Assembly (NCBI GenBank): GCA_964350645.1
Contig: CAYGJY010000001.1
Span: 208,621-272,620, forward strand
Length of the DNA: 64,000 bases
DNA from: an uncultured Candidatus Saccharibacteria bacterium
GTDB taxonomy: Bacteria; Patescibacteriota; Minisyncoccia; Phycocordibacterales; UBA918
Direction: 5' to 3'
Shown: in pieces, positions 47,326 through 55,980 of the stretch
Layout: each line of letters starts with the position of its first letter
How positions within the stretch are numbered: the stretch's first letter is position 1
The notes under the pieces: generated by a model
The model's input: only the letters and a program-made list of their open reading frames with translations
Database searches by the model: none
Told to the model about the DNA's origin: nothing
Program-made: the position numbers and the translations under genes

Positions 47326-48771
47326 ATGACAAAAAATAATCCAGAAAACTTACACTGGACCATTTGTACTAATTGCCAAGGGCAAGGGAAGATTGTTCGT
47401 GGACCGTCAAAAAGACGACGTCGCTTGCATGAGCTTGAGCTAGCGTTGTATGAAAAAACGGCCGGGAAGGGGATTGCGCCAAAGCCACTGACAGACAATC
47501 TCGACATTTGTCTGTCATGTGCTGGATCAGGGCTACAGTCTGCTGATGCTGACTCAAAAGTACCAAGAGATGTATTTCCTCATATCGCGATTGTTGGTGG
47601 GGGTATTAGCGGCACAGCGCTCGCAGTTGCTTGTCTGCATCGTGGTATTCCGTTTACCCTCTACGAACGAGACCAGAGTTTTGACGCTCGTTCGCAAGGC
47701 TATGGCCTGACGCTGCAGCAGGCCAGTAAGGCAATTGAAGCTTTAGGGGTTACGTCACTACCGGATAGTGTGGTCTCGACCCGACACGTTGTCCATAATC
47801 CTGAAGGAAAAATCATTGGCGAGTGGGGCTTGCGCAAATGGCGGCAAGGGCCGGTGCCGGAGACCTCAAGACGTAAGAATATTCATATAGCACGCCAGAC
47901 CTTGCGCTCGGCTTTGTTAGAACAACTACACGAAAGTGAGTCAGTGAAATGGGGACATGAACTGATCACCGTCGCAGAACAAGAATCTGGCAGTAGTGAG
48001 CTCACTTTTAAAGCTAATGATACAACTGAAGTGGTAACGGCCGACCTGGTGGTCGGAGCCGACGGTATTCGCAGTCGAGTGCGTGAGCTGTTGATTGATG
48101 AAAAGAAAAATCCATTGCAGTACCTCGGCTGCATCGTGATTTTAGGTATTTGTCCGCTTAAGGCATTGGCTGATACTCAAAGTCCACTCTTTGATTCAGC
48201 AACGGTGTTTCAGACAGTTAGCGGTCGTGAACGCATGTACGCCATGCCGTATGATCACGATACGATCATGTGGCAGGTGAGTTTTCCTGTGGATGAGGCA
48301 AAAGCAAGTGAATTGAGTACTCGGGGAAAGAAAGCGATGAAAGAAGAGGTGTGTCGCAGATTGGCCTGGCATGAACCAATTCCGCAGATTTTGGCCGCCA
48401 CAGCTGAATCAGATATTACAGGTTACCCAGTCTATGATCGGCCGTTGCTTGATCCAGCCCTTTTGCACGAAGCTGGAGCGATGACGCTACTTGGTGACGC
48501 TGCCCACCCGATGAGTCCCTTTAAAGGGCAGGGGGCCAACCAGGCTCTGCTTGATGCCCTTGCGCTCGCTCGTAGTATGTATGCAAAATGTGGCCCAGGC
48601 TCAGACTGGCGCGAAGCAGGTTTACGGAGAACTATATTGGATACATTTGAAGCTGACATGTTAAAACGCACCGCGTCTAAGGTACAAGACTCAGCTAAAG
48701 CAGTAGAACTTTTACATTCCGATGCAGTGCTGCATGAGGGTGATGAGCCAAGGGGGAGAGGGTTGGTTTGA
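47326..48771 (+). CDS. group A FAD-dependent monooxygenase with an N-terminal DnaJ-type Zn motif
   Basis: CTNCQGQG and CLSCAGSG; GGGISG, GADGIRS, GDAAHPMSPFKGQGAN. Confidence 0.88.
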   Translation: MTKNNPENLHWTICTNCQGQGKIVRGPSKRRRRLHELELALYEKTAGKGIAPKPLTDNLDICLSCAGSGLQSADADSKVPRDVFPHIAIVGGGISGTALAVACLHRGIPFTLYERDQSFDARSQGYGLTLQQASKAIEALGVTSLPDSVVSTRHVVHNPEGKIIGEWGLRKWRQGPVPETSRRKNIHIARQTLRSALLEQLHESESVKWGHELITVAEQESGSSELTFKANDTTEVVTADLVVGADGIRSRVRELLIDEKKNPLQYLGCIVILGICPLKALADTQSPLFDSATVFQTVSGRERMYAMPYDHDTIMWQVSFPVDEAKASELSTRGKKAMKEEVCRRLAWHEPIPQILAATAESDITGYPVYDRPLLDPALLHEAGAMTLLGDAAHPMSPFKGQGANQALLDALALARSMYAKCGPGSDWREAGLRRTILDTFEADMLKRTASKVQDSAKAVELLHSDAVLHEGDEPRGRGLV

Positions 48772-48863
48772 ACACGCGTGGAAATGAGGAAATAGAGTCA
48801 GCTACCTCTCTTTCTCTGAACCTCCATTTACAGAAGCAAGGCCTAGGGAGGTATAATCTAGAG

Positions 48864-49391
48864 ACGGATTACTTTGATTTAGATCTTACTACACAAGTTC
48901 TGGGTTATATTGCCGTAGTATTACTTTTTGTCTCGTTCCAGATAGACAATCGAAAAAGTATTTTAGGTTTTCTTATTGCGGGAATGGTATTTCTCGCTGC
49001 ACATCAGTTTTTGCTGGGGGCTCTGGCCGGTGCTATCGCCAATGCTTTGACCATCATACGCAACCTGGTTTTCCGGCATAAAAATGACACGGCTATTTTG
49101 CAACACGCTGCCTGGCCATATGTATTCTCTACTATCCTTGTCTGTACTGGTTTATTCTTTTGGCAAGGCTGGTACTCATTACTCCCGGCTTTAGCGGTAA
49201 CAGCTTCAACCTTTGCACTATGGGCAGATAATACAAAAACAATCAGAGTACTGAGTTTGATCGGGCCGTTGGTGTGGCTGCCGTACGCGTTTATCATTGA
49301 GTCAGTACCGACGGTTTTAATTCAGGTTGTGATTATTGCTTCAATTGTGATCGCGATGGTTCGGTTTGATTGGAAAGGGAAAGTACAGTGA
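48864..49391 (+). CDS. YgjV-like inner membrane protein (second copy), apparent ACG start
   Basis: QVLG...SFQ..NRK.IL, HQFLLGA, RN; in-frame ACG lies 6 nt after TATAAT (48852-48857). Confidence 0.7.
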   Translation, partial: TDYFDLDLTTQVLGYIAVVLLFVSFQIDNRKSILGFLIAGMVFLAAHQFLLGALAGAIANALTIIRNLVFRHKNDTAILQHAAWPYVFSTILVCTGLFFWQGWYSLLPALAVTASTFALWADNTKTIRVLSLIGPLVWLPYAFIIESVPTVLIQVVIIASIVIAMVRFDWKGKVQ

Positions 49392-49467
49392 TTTAGAGGG
49401 GTAAGAGGTGGGGAGGAAAACTTAACGAGAGAATTTGTTTTATTTTTATAAGCATATGTTATATTGC

Positions 49468-49676
49468 GTACAATCTCTTTCGATCGCATCAAAAAGCTGT
49501 GGCCAGAACAGCGGTTTGGGGCCGAATTGAGATTTGTGCAGGACTACCATCAGTCAGGAGTTTTCTGGGCACGTTTTTTCTGACGTAAACGTGAAAACGT
49601 GCACCCGCTAGCGGTGAGCGAATCATCGATACCATCACGCTGGCCTGGGCCCTCCATAGCGGGGGGCTCTTTTTTT
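49468..49676 (+). ncRNA. candidate structured non-coding RNA of unknown family
   Basis: TGT-TATATT promoter (49457-49465), three hairpins, GC-rich terminator with U-tract, no ATG-started ORF. Confidence 0.55.
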
Positions 49677-49737
49677 GTACTCGTGAGTCTTCTCGTGATT
49701 AACCAAGTAAATTCATTGCCCTGTAAAGAATTTCTGG

Positions 49738-50718
49738 TTACATAACCTCGCCTGACTTCGACCCTTTTCGAGAGATAGGAAAATGTTCCAATTTACAGTA
49801 CTCGCCTTCACACACCATAGTGTGTTTTGTGCCAAAATTTATATATTCTTGATTTAGCTTATTAAGCGCATTGTGGTTAATGTAAGTATTGATTCTACTT
49901 GCCATATCATCAATAAACTCATTTCCAAAATCAAACCAACAGTCTGAGCTTATAACTGCACTTATGTGCCTGTACTCTTTTTTATGGAAAAGTGCAGTTG
50001 GTACACGAACGTCTTTACCACCGCCAGTGTCTAATATTTCATCGTGAAAATATCTACCAGATTCACCTGTTTGTTTAATAAACGTTAGACCCATGCCGTA
50101 CAACACAAGCTCTTTTGCCATATCTGAGGGTTCATGATGGTTAATTAGCTCTGTATTTATTGCTAATATAAACTTATCATCATCTTTGAAATCAGGACTT
50201 CTCTTATAGGAATCAAGTTTATCAAATTTTGCTAACGTTGAACTTATTATCCTGGGTGCAGACAGTTGTAGCTCGTCAAATATATTCGAATTTCTTGTAT
50301 ATATTTGACCTGGTGTTATTTCTGGCTTTGCCCCTAATGGTCCCTGCTGAGGACATACTGCTTCAATCCATACTTTGGAACCATCAATTTGTTTTATGCA
50401 AAAGTCAGGTCTAGCTGACTGTTTTTTATTTCTTGGCGGCGGAATTAGTTCATAGCCTTTATGTAGAAGTATAGAACAAAGTTGTAATTCCCAAAGTCTA
50501 CTAAAGAAATTGCCTTTAATTTTTATCTGTTCTTTAAAGTTATCATCTAAAAATCTTTCTGAGAGCGTAAAAGCTTTTTCAATGCATTGCCTTCGATCTT
50601 TAGCCAATCCGTTAAAAACATATGTCGGATCATATTGTGAAAACTCTTCTTTGAACATCTCATACTGAGATTCATCTGAATCTATATCTAGTATGGGAAT
50701 ATCTTCGTCATATAGCAT
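49738..50718 (-). CDS. AT-rich PD-(D/E)XK-like nuclease-fold protein
   Basis: FFSRLWEL helix, RPDF, VWIEA pattern; composition visibly AT-richer than the flanks. Confidence 0.65.
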   Translation of the reverse strand: MLYDEDIPILDIDSDESQYEMFKEEFSQYDPTYVFNGLAKDRRQCIEKAFTLSERFLDDNFKEQIKIKGNFFSRLWELQLCSILLHKGYELIPPPRNKKQSARPDFCIKQIDGSKVWIEAVCPQQGPLGAKPEITPGQIYTRNSNIFDELQLSAPRIISSTLAKFDKLDSYKRSPDFKDDDKFILAINTELINHHEPSDMAKELVLYGMGLTFIKQTGESGRYFHDEILDTGGGKDVRVPTALFHKKEYRHISAVISSDCWFDFGNEFIDDMASRINTYINHNALNKLNQEYINFGTKHTMVCEGEYCKLEHFPISRKGSKSGEVM

Positions 50719-50809
50719 TGTGGTAAATGTATCACAAAAACAACCAAAATGAGGCTATTTTCTCTTCCTTAATTCGAACCTTATCGAGTGCTCGAACTAG
50801 CTCTCTAAT

Positions 50810-50884
50810 TGGTGATCCCACGGGGAATCGAACCCCGATTACAAGAATGAGAATCTTGTGTCCTAGCCGTTAGACGATGGGACC
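50810..50884 (-). tRNA. tRNA-Glu (CTC) with encoded CCA
   Basis: GGTCCCA acceptor stem, anticodon arm CAAGA-TTCTCAT-TCTTG, GTTCGATTC T-loop, ACCA end. Confidence 0.97.
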
Positions 50885-51006
50885 AGTCTGGTAGACCTGC
50901 TGTCTCAAGTAGGTCGTGGGCCAAATAGTACCAAATACGGCAATAAACTCAATGTCGCTCGTGATACGATATGAGGGTAGTGGTGTTTTCGATAATTTTT
51001 TAAATA

Positions 51007-51441
51007 ATGTTTTCATTTGTACGACGATTGTTTGGTAAATCCAAAGCTAAAAAAGAGGCTGAGCCAGAGGTGGTGGAAGTGCCTGAAGGAGCGCCAACAT
51101 CATATTCTCTTGATTTTAAAGGTGCCGACGAGATCATGGTATCAGCTGCGGATTGTAGTCGTAAGAATGTAGTGGCGGTAAAGCATCAGATTGTTCGCCC
51201 AGAACGCATTGCTAAAATTGTGACGTTCCTAGCGGAGTTGCCAACTAAGGGAAAAAAACGGATTAACTCGAATCCGTGTACTGAGCACAGTCTGACCGCT
51301 CTCAAAGGGGGTAAGGCTTTTGCACAAGTGGTCTTTTATGAGGGAGCGTTGATGCTTGAGAATAAAGCGTTTATTGACAGTGATGACAAGGCACTAAAAA
51401 AGCAAGCCGAACTATTTGAGATCATTAAAATCGAGGTGTAG
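51007..51441 (+). CDS. hypothetical protein
   Basis: 144-aa ORF with an amphipathic N-terminus MFSFVRRLFG. Confidence 0.7.
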   Translation: MFSFVRRLFGKSKAKKEAEPEVVEVPEGAPTSYSLDFKGADEIMVSAADCSRKNVVAVKHQIVRPERIAKIVTFLAELPTKGKKRINSNPCTEHSLTALKGGKAFAQVVFYEGALMLENKAFIDSDDKALKKQAELFEIIKIEV

Positions 51442-51457
51442 CGTTTGGTGTATTCGA

Positions 51458-52084
51458 TTAGTCGTCTTTGTCACGGTCTTTCAGGGGATCTCTGCCTTTG
51501 CGCCGCAGGGCACTATCATGTGCAAACATGAGGTTTGCCAAGGTATGTTGTTCTTCAACAGGTGAATAAGACCCAAGTTCATTATAGTCAACGTCAGGGG
51601 GGATTGACATGGTGACAACTGGCATGTCAGGCCAGGCCAGGCTACTATCACGAAACATGTTTCGACACACTCGGCAGGGATGCAGCGTCGTACAGTTAAT
51701 TTGACTCGGATCATCTTGGTGTTCGGCGACTACTAGAATACCAACAATTTTATCGAAGCCACGTGCGGTAGCTTGGTCTAAAATACGACGTTCCGCGCAG
51801 TGTTTATCTGCATCTGGGGTTTCTTTGCTGTTCCAGCCAGTAAGTATTTCAAACTCATTAGTTTCAGTGTTTAAGACAACTGCAGCAGCTCCTACACCGA
51901 AATTTCGATAATTTAATTTCTCGTCTATTACTTTACGCTGCATGGCATAAGCAGACTGATATAAGGTAACTTTGTTATTCCAGAAATACTCCAGAGCGTC
52001 TTTTAGTTCTTTTGGTTCTTCGCCATAAAGACGTTTAGAATTTTCAATTACTGCTTTCGTTACATTTGTTGGCCTCTCAATCAT
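51458..52084 (-). CDS. cytidine-deaminase-superfamily protein
   Basis: NFGVGAA, TGWN, HCAE, PCRVCR Zn motifs. Confidence 0.8.
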   Translation of the reverse strand: MIERPTNVTKAVIENSKRLYGEEPKELKDALEYFWNNKVTLYQSAYAMQRKVIDEKLNYRNFGVGAAAVVLNTETNEFEILTGWNSKETPDADKHCAERRILDQATARGFDKIVGILVVAEHQDDPSQINCTTLHPCRVCRNMFRDSSLAWPDMPVVTMSIPPDVDYNELGSYSPVEEQHTLANLMFAHDSALRRKGRDPLKDRDKDD

Positions 52085-52144
52085 TGTTGCTAGTATATCA
52101 AAGCTGGCTCGCGAAGCGAGACAGCGAAGAACGTATAATAGTAT

Positions 52145-54145
52145 CTAGTTCACCTTCCGCAACGAATCCTTGATATCAAATCGAGGATTTACTTTCTTTC
52201 CAGGATTGAAGATGTCGTCGGGATCGAAAGTGTGTTCGAGTTTTTTAAAGAGTTCTAGGGTGGCTTTGTTAAACATCTTCGAGAGGTGTGGGGTGCGAAT
52301 AATACCGTCGTTATGTTCACCACAGATGTTGCCATCGTACTTGACCGCCGTGGCAAAAAATTCCTCAGCCATTTTTTCTACCAAGTCAGGAGTGGTTTTG
52401 CTAGTGAAGTCGAGGAGGGGATAGAAGTGTAAGTGGCCGTTGCCGCCGTGGCCGTGGACTGCAGCCGTAACATTGTATTTTTTGAGGAGGCGCTTGATGT
52501 CAGTGAAGAACTTCGGCAGGTGCTTTGGTGGGACGGTCATGTCTTCAAGGAAGGCTGCCGGACGTTTGTGTTTGTCTTGGAACTTTGAAAGCGTGTAGCT
52601 GGCTCGGCGAATTTGCCAAAACATCTCGTGTTCGGTCGTGTTTGTGACTAAACGAGCCTTCGTGCCCGTAGCTTTCTTGATAGCGGTTACGGCTGCTGCA
52701 GGGTCAGTTACTTGGCTAGTATCGAGTGTGACCAGAAGTGTGAACTCAGGAGTTTTGCGCATATACCGGACGTGGTACAGGGTATACATGGCCAAAAGCA
52801 CTTTATAGTACTGAGCGCCAGAAAGACGGTCTTTGAAAAAAGATGGGTTCTTAAGTGCTAAATCGAATGTCAGGCCGTCAAATAGTTCGACATTGATTGG
52901 GTCGTATTCGAGGGCTTTGATGATTGTTTTACCTGCATCTTCAAGACTAAAGATTGGAATGGTGACCAAAACAGTGTCGTTCTTGATTGGCTCAGTGCGC
53001 ATAGTCATTTTGGTGATGACACCAATAGTGCCTTGGCTACCAGCGATCAGATGACAGAGGTTGAAAGTAGCTTTACCTTTCTCAAAGTCAGCTACCGAAC
53101 CGTTGATAACGTCCCAGAGTGGGTACCCGGCAGAGTTCTTTTTGGTTTTTGGTTCGGCATGGTCGACTGTGCTTTCGTGTTTTTTGATAAGTTCAAAAAC
53201 AGCTTTGGCGATTTGTCCGTGGGCGTTGTCTTTTTTGATAAGGGCTTTAAATTCCTTTAGTGTCAGTGCTTTGAAGGTATAGGTAACACCGTCATGCAGG
53301 GTGACATCTAGTGATTCAACCCAGTCAGCACAGTGACCAAAACGAAGCGAATCAGGACCGGCGGAATTATTAGCTACGGCGCCACCAACTGAGCAAATGT
53401 CTTTTGATGCTGGGAAGGAAGGTAAGTAGACATCTTTCTTCTTCAAGGCTTTTTCTAAGTCACGCCACATGAGACCTGGTTCACAGGTAAAGGTGGTCCC
53501 AGAACGACGTTCATCGACTGAGATGAGCTCGTGCATATGAGCACACATGTCGATTACGACAGAATCAGTTAGTGAGCCACCAGAGAGGCCCGTGCCTGCC
53601 GCACGGGGAGTGAGTGACAGTGAAGGAAATTCAGCGGTGTTTACGGCTATCACTTTTACTGCAGTTTCAACGTCTTTTTGGTTGTGCGGCTGGATGACAA
53701 TTTGTGGCTTTACTGAAAAAATACTTTCGTCATAACTGTAACGTTTGAGGTATTCCTCACTAGTGCTAATGCCACCCTTGAAGCCAGCAGCACGGAGTTT
53801 TTGTTCGATTAAAAGGTGTCCAAGGGGCTCTCGCTTTAGTGAGGCAAATGATTTTTTAGTATCGAGAGTGGCAGTTTTGTCGACTTTTGGGCCAGTAGCT
53901 TTGGCTGGAGCAGTTTTGATTACTTTTGTAGTAGATGTGCTCACAGTTTTGTTTGAGGCACCTTTTTTGACCACTGATTTTGTAGTAACAGCTTTTACAG
54001 ACTTCGCTGCGGCTACACGTTTAGTGGTTTTTTGGGTAGCTTTTTTAGCAATACTTTTTTTACGAGTAGTTTTTGCAGCTTTTTTAGCAGTGCGCTTTTT
54101 TGTGTCGGCGTCGACCACCGCAAGGGTGCGTGAAGAACTTGGCAT
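52145..54145 (-). CDS. FAD-binding oxidoreductase (GlcD/D-lactate dehydrogenase-like) with a basic N-terminal tail
   Basis: PRAAGTGLSGG, GSQGTIG, HGHGGNGHLH, GEHNDG, FNPGK. Confidence 0.88.
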   Translation of the reverse strand: MPSSSRTLAVVDADTKKRTAKKAAKTTRKKSIAKKATQKTTKRVAAAKSVKAVTTKSVVKKGASNKTVSTSTTKVIKTAPAKATGPKVDKTATLDTKKSFASLKREPLGHLLIEQKLRAAGFKGGISTSEEYLKRYSYDESIFSVKPQIVIQPHNQKDVETAVKVIAVNTAEFPSLSLTPRAAGTGLSGGSLTDSVVIDMCAHMHELISVDERRSGTTFTCEPGLMWRDLEKALKKKDVYLPSFPASKDICSVGGAVANNSAGPDSLRFGHCADWVESLDVTLHDGVTYTFKALTLKEFKALIKKDNAHGQIAKAVFELIKKHESTVDHAEPKTKKNSAGYPLWDVINGSVADFEKGKATFNLCHLIAGSQGTIGVITKMTMRTEPIKNDTVLVTIPIFSLEDAGKTIIKALEYDPINVELFDGLTFDLALKNPSFFKDRLSGAQYYKVLLAMYTLYHVRYMRKTPEFTLLVTLDTSQVTDPAAAVTAIKKATGTKARLVTNTTEHEMFWQIRRASYTLSKFQDKHKRPAAFLEDMTVPPKHLPKFFTDIKRLLKKYNVTAAVHGHGGNGHLHFYPLLDFTSKTTPDLVEKMAEEFFATAVKYDGNICGEHNDGIIRTPHLSKMFNKATLELFKKLEHTFDPDDIFNPGKKVNPRFDIKDSLRKVN

Positions 54146-54211
54146 TGCTTAGATTATAGCGCACTCTTACTTTTTAATTCTTGAGTTTCCACAAATGCTA
54201 TACTGACGCGC

Positions 54212-55900
54212 ATGACTCAATCACAAGCACTCGATATTCTTAAAACAGGTGGCAATGTCTTTCTGACCGGTGAGCCTGGTGCCGGGAAAACGTACGTGAT
54301 CAACCAGTACATCGCGTGGCTCGAAGCGGCAGGGATTAAGGTGGCGGTGACAGCTTCAACTGGGATCGCCGCAACGCATATTGGTGGTCTTACAATCCAC
54401 TCATGGAGCGGGATTGGGATTAAGGATTCACTTTCACCCTACGACCTCGACAAAATTCAGAGTAACGAAAAAATCTGTAACCGACTGAAGAAAACGAACG
54501 TACTGGTTATAGATGAGATATCGATGCTCGCCGGAGGCACACTCGATATGGTGGATCAAGTGTGCCGGAGTGTGCGACAAAAATCTGAGGCGTTTGGCGG
54601 ACTGCAGGTAATTTTTGTAGGCGATTTCTTTCAACTGCCGCCAATTGGCCGACCAGGTGATGAGTTGCGCTATGCTTTTGAAAGTCGTGCGTGGGAAGAT
54701 GCGAAGCCACTCGTTTGTTATATCACCGAACAATACCGTCAGGACGACGAACTGTTTTTGTCACTTTTGAAGTCGCTTCGTAGTGGCGACGTGGAAGAAG
54801 AACATTTTACGTTACTTTCGGAACAAACTGATATTGCTTTTACGGACATTGAACCAACCAAGCTGTACACCCACAACGCCGATGTCGATGCAGTCAACAT
54901 GACCAAGCTTCGTAGCCTGCCGGGTATGGTGCGGAAGTTCACCATGAGTGGTGAGGGGAATAAACAGCTTCAACAAAACTTGTCTAAAAATTGCCTTTCA
55001 CCTGAGCTCTTAGAGCTCAAAGAAGACGCCATGGTAATGTGCACTAAAAATAACTTTGAAGCGGGGTATGTTAACGGTACTTTGGCGCGAGTGACGGCTT
55101 TTGATGCTGATGGTCTACCGATTATTGAAACCTCAGACAAGCGCACCATTACTATTAAACCAGTTAGCTGGGAGATTAGGGACGAAAATAAAATCATGGC
55201 TGCAATCGAACAGCTACCTCTACGACTCGCGTGGGCAATAACGGTCCACAAAAGTCAGGGAATGAGCCTAGATGCAGCGGAGATTGATCTCTCAAAAGCC
55301 TTTGTATTTGGCCAGGGCTACGTGGCGTTGTCACGAGTGCGGACGCTCGCTGGTCTCAAGATGCTTGGCATGAGTCCAACAGCACTTCGGGTTGATCCAA
55401 AGGTAATCAAACATGACCATATATTTCATCAGCACAGCGATATGGCTGAGAAGGCATTTGCCGAGATGGAGGATGAAGAGGTCACAAAATTGCATCGCAA
55501 TTTTGTGACCTCTTCAGGTGGCAAAATGCCTGAGCCCGGAGCAGTTGTCGTGGCTGAAAAAGGCTTTGCTCGTGTGCAGAAAGAAAGTACCTACCAGCAA
55601 ACCAAAGTGCTTTTGGAAGAGAAAAAGACAGTTGCTGAAATAGCTAAAGAACGAAAGATCAGTCAAGCGACCGTCTGGTCACACTTAGAAAAATTAGTAG
55701 AGGCGGGTCATGTATCACGTAATCAGCTCGAACATCTTGAACCAGACGGCTGGAGTAAGATCTATTCAGCTATTGAGCTGGCGATTAATGAACATGGTTC
55801 AGAACTTCTCAAGCCACTCTATGAACACTGTAATGAGGAGTATGACTACGATCTCATTCGTCTAGCCCGTATGCAGTATAGTTTGACTGAGTTGAAGTAG
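54212..55900 (+). CDS. Pif1-family helicase with a C-terminal HTH
   Basis: FLTGEPGAGKT, ASTGIAA, IDEISM, GDFFQLPP, LPLRLAWAITVHKSQG, YVALSR. Confidence 0.92.
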   Translation: MTQSQALDILKTGGNVFLTGEPGAGKTYVINQYIAWLEAAGIKVAVTASTGIAATHIGGLTIHSWSGIGIKDSLSPYDLDKIQSNEKICNRLKKTNVLVIDEISMLAGGTLDMVDQVCRSVRQKSEAFGGLQVIFVGDFFQLPPIGRPGDELRYAFESRAWEDAKPLVCYITEQYRQDDELFLSLLKSLRSGDVEEEHFTLLSEQTDIAFTDIEPTKLYTHNADVDAVNMTKLRSLPGMVRKFTMSGEGNKQLQQNLSKNCLSPELLELKEDAMVMCTKNNFEAGYVNGTLARVTAFDADGLPIIETSDKRTITIKPVSWEIRDENKIMAAIEQLPLRLAWAITVHKSQGMSLDAAEIDLSKAFVFGQGYVALSRVRTLAGLKMLGMSPTALRVDPKVIKHDHIFHQHSDMAEKAFAEMEDEEVTKLHRNFVTSSGGKMPEPGAVVVAEKGFARVQKESTYQQTKVLLEEKKTVAEIAKERKISQATVWSHLEKLVEAGHVSRNQLEHLEPDGWSKIYSAIELAINEHGSELLKPLYEHCNEEYDYDLIRLARMQYSLTELK

Positions 55901-55980
55901 CGACTGTGCACTAACGTGGTTGGCTGACTATTCGTGACGACGTATAATGAAAGAAGATTTATTAAAGTAACTATTTGTTT

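Noticed and set aside
49499-49588. 29-codon GTG ORF inside the candidate ncRNA
   Set aside because: No SD, not at the leaderless spacing, and its start is buried in a stem; it cannot be fully excluded without Ribo-seq
49697-49743. attC-like site after the nuclease gene (minus strand ATGTAAC...GTTAATC hairpin)
   Set aside because: Only ~47 nt, both R boxes deviate from RYYYAAC/GTTRRRY, and there is no integrase or array; more likely an ordinary 3' hairpin
49400-50810. Prophage or integrative element at tRNA-Glu with an att duplication
   Set aside because: No repeat of the tRNA 3' end and no integrase were found by eye
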